Of a stretch of DNA of 64,000 nucleotides, positions 51,534 to 61,871 are shown piece by piece. The translations under genes were made by a program, and so were the position numbers. The first letter of the stretch is position 1. Each line of letters starts with the position of its first letter. The stretch is from the NCBI GenBank assembly GCA_973895155.1, contig OZ316896.1:19828754-19892753 (forward strand), read 5' to 3'. The DNA is from Marsupella aquatica (Eukaryota > Plantae > Marchantiophyta). Under the pieces are notes generated by a model, which saw only the letters and a list, made by a program, of their open reading frames with translations, was not told where the DNA came from and searched no databases.

Positions 51534-54500
51534 ATGGAAGCGAATCGCGTCCTTGTGAAGTCCTCCGTGGAAGCAACAGAGGAGTTTGACCTCTCCTCTA
51601 TGAGCGACAGTGTAGAACTGGCACTTGAAGACTCCAAACAATTTCAATCAAGAATCCCTAGTAAGTATCCATCACCTATCCTCCCTAAGTCTTAGAGGAC
51701 TGGGACCATCCGAGTCCAAAGTTGGACTCGGATGATCCCAATCCAAACTTGGACTCGGACCATCCCAATCCGAACTTGGACTCAGATGATCCTAATCCAA
51801 ACATGGACTCGGATGATCCCAGTCCAAAGTTGGACTCGGATGATCCCAATCCAAAGTTGAACTCGGACCATCCCAATCCGAACTTGGACTCAGATGATCC
51901 TAATTCAAACGTGGACTCGGATGATCCCAATCCAAACTTGGACTCGGATGATCCTAATCCATCCAGGAGATTGAATCTCGATTGTAGGAGCAAGACTAAA
52001 ACCATCTCAAGTTGGACTAGGACCATCCTAATCCAACAAGAGTTATTCAAATGTTTTAAACTTAATAAGTCTAACATGGATGATGTTTTTATGATGCAGG
52101 GAGCGATCTTGTTGGTTTCAAACCCGCGATTGCACCGACCGACTGCCGGGACGGATTCTTACTAGATGAGAGATCCCCAGGCTTCCGATGGGGGCTTGAG
52201 TTCTCAAGAACCCCGCTTAATAATGAAGTGCCATCAAGCACGATTGAACCTGTTTTGACCTTAAAGTGCAGAGCAAATGATAGCCTGACTTTGGTTTGCG
52301 GACCTGTGGTCTCTGTTGGCATTGGAGGGAGAGGGATGAATTCGGTCATTCTGGAGATGCACGATAGGTCATGCTGGGTTAAAGTTAACCTTATGTCAAA
52401 GGCATACTCCTCAGAATTCAATGTCGAATGGCACGCAAGTGGTGAATTGAGCGTTTTGTCAATGGGATTTTTTCCAAAGACATATGACACAAAGAAGTTG
52501 GTCATCGGGGTAACTGGTATGCTTCCAGTCGACATTATGTATGGGTTTCAATATTTGAAACTCAACATGATGAAGCACCAAGGCAATTTCTCTTTTGCAA
52601 CTACTTGGACGTTAAGCAATTTACTTGAGAAAGTTGGATTGTTATCGTTGGAGTCAGAGGAGCCTGGTGTTTTAATTGATAAGGATGTTGCATTTGATCC
52701 CAACTTTGATTTAGTCAAAGCAAAGCAATGGATAGAATCTTTGTCAAAGACGAGAAACCTTCCAACGGTGAATACAAACCCTGTGCCCGAGAAGGCGCCA
52801 GAGAAAGCTCCAGAACCTACAACAGAGACCGCGGGAACTACAGCAGCAACCTCTCAAAGAGCAGTGGGAAAACAAAGCCAAAGGAAACCTCCGGTTGAAA
52901 AGAAACTTCCAGTTGAGAAGCTGGTTGAGAAGCCGAGTACGAGAAGCCGAGTTCAGAAGCCAGTTGAGAAGCCGAGTACGAGAAGCCAAGTTGAGAAGCC
53001 AGTTGAGAAGAAACGTCCGGTTGAGAAGCCAAGTGCAAGTGAAAAGAGGCCAAGACAAAAGAAGAAACAGAAAATTGACAGTGTCATCATGGATGACACT
53101 ATAGAAAACCTGACAGTGCATTCACAAGATATGGACGAGCAGTTGGACGCTCCTGAGGAGAAGAAGGTCTTAGAAGGTAATGAGGTACTACAACAAATGG
53201 AGCAATATTATACGTTTGGGATCAATTCGATATTTTCTATTCCCGTAGAGAGTATTTTCCCTGCGTCGGCAAGACTCTGTTACAGAATGTTGAATGCAAA
53301 CCATGTAAAGGAGGTGGCCAATTCCATGATAAGAAATCCGGGGCATGAACCACACATAGCAGACTTGATTCCTTACACTACAAAACATAGAAACCTAATG
53401 CAATATGACAACACGGAATCAGATAGGAGGGACTTTGTAGCAGCCGTGAAAAAGGGGGAGGTTCAATTCCTTGCCATTAGCGGTCAACATTCAGCCAGAG
53501 CAGCCAGATGGATTCGAGAATGGGCAAACAAGGATGCCAAGCTAACAGCATTGGCAAAAAAGCTGGAATTTCGAAAGTCAAGAATATTATCTCATCGAAC
53601 ACCATCATCAATATTAGTTGAGCATTCAATGCGATCTAATGCTATCAATAGCACGATGGTGTTTCAGTCATGCTTCAAAGATACAGTCGTTCATGCTAGG
53701 CGGCAATTTGTGGAATGTGGAAAACCTAGCCGGCCAAAACATGGGGACAACAAAACAAACGCTCAAGACAATCAAAAATTTCAGGTATGAAGTGTTACTG
53801 CTTGATTGGTACAATACCGTAGACTCTCCATGTGTGATTACAATTGAGATGGTAGTCTTTGACCACAAAGCTTCAAGTTTGCTTTGGATTGAGATGGTCC
53901 GAGTCCAAATGGATACATTCACATTCAGTAGAATATTTCCACTGATATCGTCTAGTTTTGTGTTGGACTGGGATGGTCCCAGTCCAAATGGATTCATGCA
54001 CATTCAATAGACTATTTCCACTGATATTGTCTAGTTTTGTGTTGGACTGGGATGGTCCCAGTCCAAATGGATTCATGCACATTCAGTAGAATATTTCTCC
54101 ACTGATACCGTCTAGTTTTGTTTTGGATTGGGATGGTCCTAGTCCAAACTAAATCATGCACATTCAATATAATATTTCCACTGATACTGTCTACTTCTGT
54201 GTTGGACTGGGATGGTCTCAGTCCGCACCTGAGTGCTTTCAAACAATTGAGTTATGGAGAACTAACAGACTTTCCTTTGCAATTGTAGGATTGGTTGGCT
54301 CTTGCAAGAATGACCATGGGAAGGAAAGATTGTCGTAATGTCTACTGGTTACTGTCTGCCGACAATGCTCTTTTTGATTTATGGAGTTTGGTATGCCAAT
54401 TGTGGTTGGATGGGAAACTTCCCGATGGAGCTGGTGTAGAAGGAAATGAGAAGTCTGAAAAAGCAATTACTGTTGCCATGTTTCGTTGTTTTGATGGTGA

Positions 54501-56661
54501 GTTGATCTCACAACGAGACATCACAAGAATACTGACGCGGGTGAAGTCAGGAAAGGTATTGCTAAAGAAAGATGCCTCTAATAAATTAGACATGCCATCT
54601 ATAGAGGAGTTGGCCAAAGATGTGAAGATCGTGCGGAAACTCAAGTCCCTTATTGAAGACTACTATTGCACCAAGGATGCGGTGAATTTCCCGACAAATA
54701 CTAATTGGGGGAAAGTAGTTGAGGTTCTTCCTACGCTAGCAATTGATTCAGAGTTCAGCAGGTGTCGAAGAGCCGCTGGCGAGGTCTATCTTGCCAACCT
54801 TTTAAAGCCAAATCATACGCGGGAGAGCGCAATCTTGCCGACGACATTGGTATTCCGCCTAGATGATATATACTACCAGAGATTTGGCGGAGGATCACGT
54901 TCTCGGACCCTACCATGGGTTACATTTTTTAGCGACAATCTCATGAAGACCATTGATCCAGAGTCATTGCAAGAAGCTCCTCCGACCTGCCCTCTTGCCA
55001 TTGTTGATTTTAGCCGGCTTCCACAAAAACAGTGGACTGAAGCAGAGATTCTTGTTCTCTTTGAATACATTGTGGAGCTTCCACAAAATCCCACGATTGT
55101 GGTGACGATAACAGTTCATCCTGGACAACTTGCACTGAATGTCCATGGTGCCCTTCGTAAATTGGGACAAGAGAAAGCTTTGACCATTCACATTGAGTAT
55201 GGGAGTTATTCACGAGATGATCAACCGCACCCTCATGACTCATGTTGGGGTGGAGGGATTGAAGAAGTTATCTTTGCAGGGATTTCTCGAGATGAAGACG
55301 TCAATTGGAATGAAGTTTTCAAGCCCAACTATCCAAAGCCAAAATTCTTGTATACTTCAAAGGATGTTGATTATGAAGTATGCAAGATCGACAAGGGAAA
55401 GGGGAAAGCTAAGGAATCAGATGAGGGGACACAAAACGACGACCTAAAAGTGGTTTTGGACCCGGAAGAGGCCGTCAAGATTATGAATATGGCCCCTCGA
55501 TTTGAGACAGTTGGTAGTCGCGGAGGATGGGTTAATCCTCATGCCAAACCCACGCGGATGATCCGAAGGATTATTGAATCCTTATCAGAACCGGGAGATT
55601 TGGTTCTAGATTTTTTCTCCGGTGGCCAAGTCATGAAGACATCATTTTTTTGCGATAGGGAATGCTTTGTTTATTGTGACTCTCAGTCCGAGAGGCATTT
55701 TGTGGAAGCTTTTGCTTCCTACCTTTGCGAGAGAGTTCCCTCACTTAAAGCCCATTGTGAATCACTTGCTGAAAATTCTCGACAATGGGCTACCACTATT
55801 GCGGCTGTAGCTGTCGCTGTTGAATCCGACGGTTCTGAGTCTGAAGATGTTGCTGACAAAGTGGCTAAAGGCGTAGAGGCATCAGACGAGGCATATGTCA
55901 AAAATTTGGATGACCGTGTTGGTCAAGGTGAGCCTTACGATGTAGATGATGATATTGGACTTGCACCAAACCGTTCATCTGGTTTAGATGACATCCCTCC
56001 GGGGCCCCATGAAGTTCAAGTTGATGATAACTTGGACAAGGATGATCCCAATCCAACAACGCCGGGAGGACAGATGGAGCAACTGGAAGGAGCAAGGGTT
56101 GATATGTTTGATCATCTTTCTTCAACCAATCTGATCAACGAAGGCGCAACGAGGCTTGGAGATTCAAATGAAGCTGAAACTAACGAATTGACTCGTGGGG
56201 AAGCCGGCGGATTGCCTGACATTCCCATCAATCCAGGAGGAAATGCATCAACGGCTGCTGACAACCAGGCAGGTGCTTCAACTTGTCCTGACACACTCTT
56301 TTCAGCTTCTGATGACAAATTGGTGTTCGTTCGTTCACACTCGAGGAGTCCTGTTGTCCTTCCGTTCTCAAAAAAGAAAGGGAATAGAGTTGGATCAACT
56401 GGATGGAGGTCATTGGAACGCGACGCACGATGTTACGTGTGGAAAAGTGGGCCAAATCGAGGCCAAGAAATATCATTGGAAGCTGCTCCTTCAATTCTCA
56501 ATAAGGAGGAGTATAAGAGGGGAGAATTGGGGTTCATAACTCCTGTTTGGACTTCTCCTTATTGGGTAGAACAAAGTACTTCAGATGTCAATTTTGAAAT
56601 CCAACAGGAGCTTGGTGCTGACATGATTATTGATGAATACGGATCTCTTATTTCGGAATGA
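51534..56661 (+). CDS. Transposon-borne protein of ~1394 aa: KPVEK repeats, ParB/Srx-like domain, N6A/N4C methyltransferase-fold domain, acidic tail
   Basis: Exons 51534-51660, 52100-53784 and 54289-56661 with GT-AG introns, phases consistent, no stops. Motifs RMLNANHVKEVANSM...FLAISGQHSARA and NPHAKPTRMIRRIIESLSEPGDLVLDFFSGG. Confidence 0.75.
51697..52035. repeat. 27-bp tandem array inside intron 1 of the ParB/MTase gene
   Basis: About 10 units of tccaaa(c/g)ttggactcgga(tg/cc)atcccaa. Confidence 0.9.
53880..54225. repeat. ~79-bp tandem repeat x4 in intron 2, containing the inverted 27-bp-family motif
   Basis: ttggactgggatggtcccagtccaaatggattcatgcacattca...tttccactgata...tctagttttg repeated. 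Confidence 0.85.
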
Positions 56662-56878
56662 AATTCAGCCTTTGACTTTCTATTTATTCATATCAATCTA
56701 AAATACTTCTCGGTCTCACAGAATGGGCTCACCAATTAAAGTCTCCATATCCGTCTACACATTGTGAGGCTTCTAAAAACGGTATGTAGGTTAATTTTCG
56801 TTTTTGTCAGCCATTGTGTTGTATTTTTGGACTGAGACAATCCTAATCCAAAGTTCACTTTTGGTCTTTTCTCTGAGA

Positions 56879-57937
56879 ATGGTGTTTGGTGCACTTGCAG
56901 AATCGAGACCTGGTCCCGTCAAGCGGAAGTTGCTGATTTTGGACCTTAATAAAATACTTTGGGATTCTATTGAATTCCAAAACAAGGGCACATCCAGGAA
57001 TATTGTCACCTCAAGTGGAGTGCATTGGGATAGAAAAAATGGTATTAGTCGCATGTATACAGAACGACCAGGGCTCCATGAGTTTCTAAAGTTGGTTTTT
57101 GACAGATTTGACGTTGCAATTTGGACTTGTGCTGGGGTAGAACGAACAGTGAAAATGCTGAACATGATGTTCACTGTTGAGGAGCGGTTGAAACTTAAGT
57201 TTGTATTCACACAGGTGGAAGCCTTTGACACAGGCATTCAAAGGCGTGACATTACAAACGGAAAGGCAAATGTGCTACTGAAGGATTTTCAGGTGGTATG
57301 GAATGCATTTGGAAATCTATATGATGAAACCAACACCCTCCTTGTGGATGACTCCCCCCTTAAGGCATTTGCCAACCCAGACATGACCGGATTATTTCCA
57401 GTGCCCTACACGCATGCCAATCGTGGAGATAATTTTCTTCTAGCAATTCTTTGGCCATGTCTTGAGAAACTATCACATGCAAGTGACATTCGATGCTATC
57501 TTCTTCTCAACTCTCCAAAGTGGTCTCTTTTGCACATGAAGAGAGACAAGGCAAAAAATGAGATTACTTATGATCAACTTAGCAAGAGATTTGCAGCAAA
57601 AATTTGGAAGTCACAGTTTACACATAGTGTGTTGGACCTCAACAGTAATGAGATCCCTTGGAATGTAAAGCACTGTATATGTAGTTTACGTCCTGAGGTG
57701 GAACTTGACAATGCACTTGTCAACTCACTTGCTAAATCATTTTTAGGAAAGGACTATTCAGGTCCATATAGAGAAAATCCCAGACACTTTTTGCGGGAGA
57801 TTATAGCCATTAGGAACAACACCACCAGATTTCAACTCCCTGAAAATAAAGTGAGTTGCAACCGTGACAATAGGGTAGATAGGAAAGGAGACAGGGGCAC
57901 ATGCTCAAATACACATTGTAGGGAGCACTTGGTTTAG
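56879..57937 (+). CDS. FCP1/NIF-family HAD phosphatase-like protein (~352 aa) with a Cys/His tail, inside the transposon
   Basis: KRKLLILDLNKIL, RPGLHEFL...FDVAIWT, LKDFQVVW, NTLLVDDSPLKA.NP. Confidence 0.82.
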   Translation: MVFGALAESRPGPVKRKLLILDLNKILWDSIEFQNKGTSRNIVTSSGVHWDRKNGISRMYTERPGLHEFLKLVFDRFDVAIWTCAGVERTVKMLNMMFTVEERLKLKFVFTQVEAFDTGIQRRDITNGKANVLLKDFQVVWNAFGNLYDETNTLLVDDSPLKAFANPDMTGLFPVPYTHANRGDNFLLAILWPCLEKLSHASDIRCYLLLNSPKWSLLHMKRDKAKNEITYDQLSKRFAAKIWKSQFTHSVLDLNSNEIPWNVKHCICSLRPEVELDNALVNSLAKSFLGKDYSGPYRENPRHFLREIIAIRNNTTRFQLPENKVSCNRDNRVDRKGDRGTCSNTHCREHLV

Positions 57938-58188
57938 ATATTTAATTGACTTGTGTTAAGCCCCTTGGATAGTACTAGAAACATGTTCGTATTCAATGTA
58001 AATTTGCAGATAATTGTATAAAGATATTTTATAATCTATTTGGAATGATGTTATTTTGTTCACAGAATATCTGGTCCTTAAATGGGGATGAAATAACTTT
58101 ATAAATTTTTATCCTCCATTTCTATGTGAGTTATTAAATAATATAATATGTATTATTTATTAATATAATATTAATGTGATTTGGCCTA

Positions 58189-58270
58189 TAAAGTGTACAT
58201 TTAGAGACACAAAAGTGTACATTTGGGTGTCTTGAAGTGTACATTTGGGGACATGAAAGTGTACATTTCA
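58189..58270 (+). repeat. Right subterminal AAGTGTACATTT repeats (4 copies)
   Basis: Same motif as the left-end array. Confidence 0.88.
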
Positions 58271-59271
58271 AGACTCATTTGTGAACAAAAGAAAATACAC
58301 TTTTAATGAATAGGTTGATTTAGGCGTCCGTAAGCAGAGTGCCTTAGCCCGTTGTGATCGGACCAACCCAGTGCTCATATCTAGGCCCTCAAATCCCATC
58401 GTTGCTCAGGACCCCCGATTAGCCAAACTTGGATCGGGCCATAACTCGTGCCCCAAGCGTTCGTTGCCCAAGGAGTCAACTCCATTGGCCTTGGGCCCAA
58501 GAGGTGCTCTCACTCAAGCCCTCAGAACCCAAATTCGGTCCAGGGGTCGGGACGGTCGACCTTGAGCCCAACCCTTTCTCCTTGACCTGACCAGCTCTCA
58601 ACTAGTCTAAGTCCTTAGTGTGTTTCACCAGCTTAGCGCATTGCCTTTGCCAGTGCCACATCCCGTTGCCCACAAGCCTCCCCATGCTAAGTCCTCCCCG
58701 GATGGCCATTCCGAGCTTGGACCATAGGGGAGCTCAACGTCGGAGTTGGTGACGTTAGAGGTAACTATTAAGGTAGTCGAGTTCTGCAACTTCGGAGTTG
58801 AGAGGGGTGTCTGGAGGTGATGGACAACAATGGAGCCATTGAGGGGGTACAAGGAGGCCAAAAGACAGCCCAAGTACAAGGAGGCCAAGGTGTGGGCATC
58901 CCAGATGGGTGGGGGCTGGCCGGAGACTCCACATAAAGCACAAAATGGGAATAATGACCAAAATATAGAAAACATTGAAACTTAAAACAGACGTTGTTGC
59001 GCTAGTACTATTCCAAACATGGTCATGTTTGGATTCATTTTGAAGCCCTCAATGAGCCCCATGCGAAACTGGGGTTACCTGGTTGAGTTCACATATGTAT
59101 CAAATAGCGGCATCTTGAGAAACCTCAATGCCCGTAAAACAACAAAACTAGGCAATCTTGGAGTAATGATGATGGAAGGGCCCTTAGAAGGAAGGGGTTC
59201 CCACACTTGTGTTCCCCTTTCACCCTTTGTGTGGTACTCACCTGGTTTTGCTCTCTTTCCATTCCCCACTC

Positions 59272-59370
59272 AGTAGAAGGGGCACTCCATAAGAGGGCAC
59301 TCGGTAGAAGGGCCACTCCATAGAAGGACACTCCGTAGAAGGGGCACTCATTAGAAGGGCACTCCATAGA
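59272..59370. repeat. Minisatellite (ggg)cactcc(a/g)tagaagg, about 6 copies
   Basis: Read directly. Confidence 0.75.
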
Positions 59371-61274
59371 CCGGTTATAGACCAACATGTTGTACTATAC
59401 GATGTGCACTCATTCATTTAAAGTAAATAACTAGATATATCATGGTATAGAGTGATGTCGTACACAGTATATATCATAATTTGATGTGCAAATATAGGGA
59501 TCAGTTGCCTATGGAGTTGGCAAGATCCAGTGCAGTAGAGTACAGTATTGTATTCCCAATTACTACCATACTTTGCCAATTTGTGTTCCCTTCTCTATTA
59601 GAAGGAAAGTAATGCTTAGATAGACTACTCCCATGAACCTTGCAACCCAGGTGTACCAGCTTATTGTTCCCCAGAAAAGTATGATTTGTTTTACAAAGTA
59701 AAATATTTGAGGTGGTATTGAATTTGCCTACAATATAATACAAAGCCGTACGCCTGAGTATTTTGGTGTATTTATCCTTGGGTCTAAGAATGAGGACCTA
59801 TCCAACTTTTCGCATTTCTTCTCTGTTAGTATGTGCCCACATCAAATCACCACAACTTTTGCACAACTCGGCAATCCAGGTCCAAGTCGAGAAAGCTCCA
59901 AGTATGGGATTCTGTTGAATTGAATGGAACAGCTCTCCTCGACTATTGTGATCATATCACCGAGAGGTGATTTTCACAACCACGGCATACATTTCATGTT
60001 CACAGGGTATCCATGGCTGGAGGGAGATCGTGACTGTCCTTTGCAAGAGCTGAGAAGGCTTGACCGTCACAAAGTTGGAGCAGCTGCGCAACGAACAAAC
60101 GGGGTCACTCCATGGCTACATTCTCGATGCGTACTTGACTGCTCCAATCATCTCGCTCGCATCCAAGACTACTTACACACTAGATGTTGCTAGTCCAGAA
60201 TCGCTTCCCATACCTTGCAAGCGGTGGTCAAATTAAAGCCAATCAGCTTGGAAGTGCAATAACCCCACTGAAAACCATGGGAGATCGAAGGCCGAACAAT
60301 ATTGCGTGTATATTTACACCAACCTGCTCTGTACTAAATCCAATTGCTACTGTGAAGACTCCCGAAACCAGTGAGTAGATTTAAAATCCAGCAGTTGTAA
60401 CGGGATATGGCCGAAAATCCATGAGCTCAGCTGTTCCTCGGAGCAGGTCCCAAGCCAGGCTCGTTCCGAGGACTTCTTCACTCCATTCTTTACCCTTTGT
60501 TTTTTGCAGGAGTCTTCTCAAGATCCATAATTGACGTGTCCGGTTTAATTTCCTTCCACTTTTCAGGTGAGCCTCAATAAAACAGAGTCAACAGTCCTGA
60601 CAACGTGTCAAAAAGAATTGTGCTGAGCCCACTCTCGTCTAACAAAAGTAAAACTAGTAATACCAAATGTCCTAAATAGTAACAAATTTGTGCCATGCTT
60701 GATTGACCATTGTCCCCACGACTGTGAACTTGTGGAGAAACAAATTTGAAAGCAGCTACCTAAGTGAGTAGCTGCTCAAAATTTTTACATTTACAGATTA
60801 TGACCTTCCACAGTCATCGAACGAAAGTTTCTGTTCGTCTGCGAATCCTCCATTCTTGTCTCGACCCATTGCTTTATAGCGGAATGGACTTTCGGCCTCT
60901 AGCAAGGTCTATCATGGTTTAGTGCTACTGGCCCAGTTGTATTGAAGGTCGGAGCGCACCTATTGTTCAGTCAGAGCAACTGTCGCCGGTAATAGATGCG
61001 TCTGAAAGCCATCGACAGCTCCAGTACATCGTTCAGAGGTTAGCTTAGAAACTCCTAATCGGTTTGCCGAATATGTGTGTTTTCAATCTTCGCACTATGT
61101 CTCTCTTTCGTTCCGCTTGAATGCTCAATAATGATAACGAATTTCGATTGGAAGACGTACATTTTCCCTTTATCAATCACGAGAGCAATCACATATCACC
61201 AACACTGTAAATGTGGTTTCAAACAAGGGACTCATGTAAAACTAGCATACGAAAGTCTGTCTCCCACAAATCAT

Positions 61275-61455
61275 GTCAGTACCAACAAGTACATTTGGAA
61301 GTGAGAAGGAAAATTATCATTTCACATTCAGTAATTGGGCAAACAGACCTGTTCCTAGCTTGAAAGTCAGTACCAACAAGTACATTTGGAAGTGAGAAGG
61401 AAAATTATCATTTCACATTCAGTAATTGGGCAAACAGACCCGTTCCTAGCTTGGA
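61275..61455. repeat. ~91-bp tandem duplication in the 3' flank of SDR copy 4
   Basis: gtcagtaccaacaagtacatttggaag...ttcctagcttg occurs twice. Confidence 0.85.
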
Positions 61456-61871
61456 AGTATGATTTGGCTGAAATCTGCTGAAATCTGAAATCTCTGATGC
61501 CCACTCTGATGGATGCAAATCAGCACTTTTTATTGCCAATAACGATATATTATTTCTGTCTTATACAAATCGCTATTGAGCTAGGAAGTTCAGTGACCGC
61601 ATCTATTAGCACGGGAGGACATGGAACTAAGTTTCATATACAAGTTAAACCGAAGTGCCAAGCGCCCAATCCAATTGTACTCTGATGCCTACCTAAGCTG
61701 TGGAAGGCCAACCTTAAATCCAGCAGTTGTAGTCGTAGTACGTACCATCGGTACCAGCAGCACACCCAAGGATGACTGTATGGGATAAACTAAATTACTA
61801 CAGAATCTAGTGCGTTCGCCTGAAACATCCATACCCGGATAGCGAGAACGAAACAACAGACTGCTAATTGT

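Larger units (their letters stand above)
45265..58319. mobile_element. 13,055-bp TIR DNA transposon, Sola-like/DUF7869-type, with three genes
   Basis: TIRs ATCAGCCTATTCATTAAAAGTGTATT (45265-45290) and AATACACTTTTAATGAATAGGTTGAT (58294-58319), 25/26 identical. 4-bp TSD TTAG at 45261-45264 and 58320-58323. Subterminal repeats at both ends. Confidence 0.9.

Noticed and set aside
49697-52035. 27-bp palindromic arrays as a CRISPR array
   Set aside because: The units are contiguous with no unique spacers, there are no cas genes, and the context is eukaryotic and intronic.
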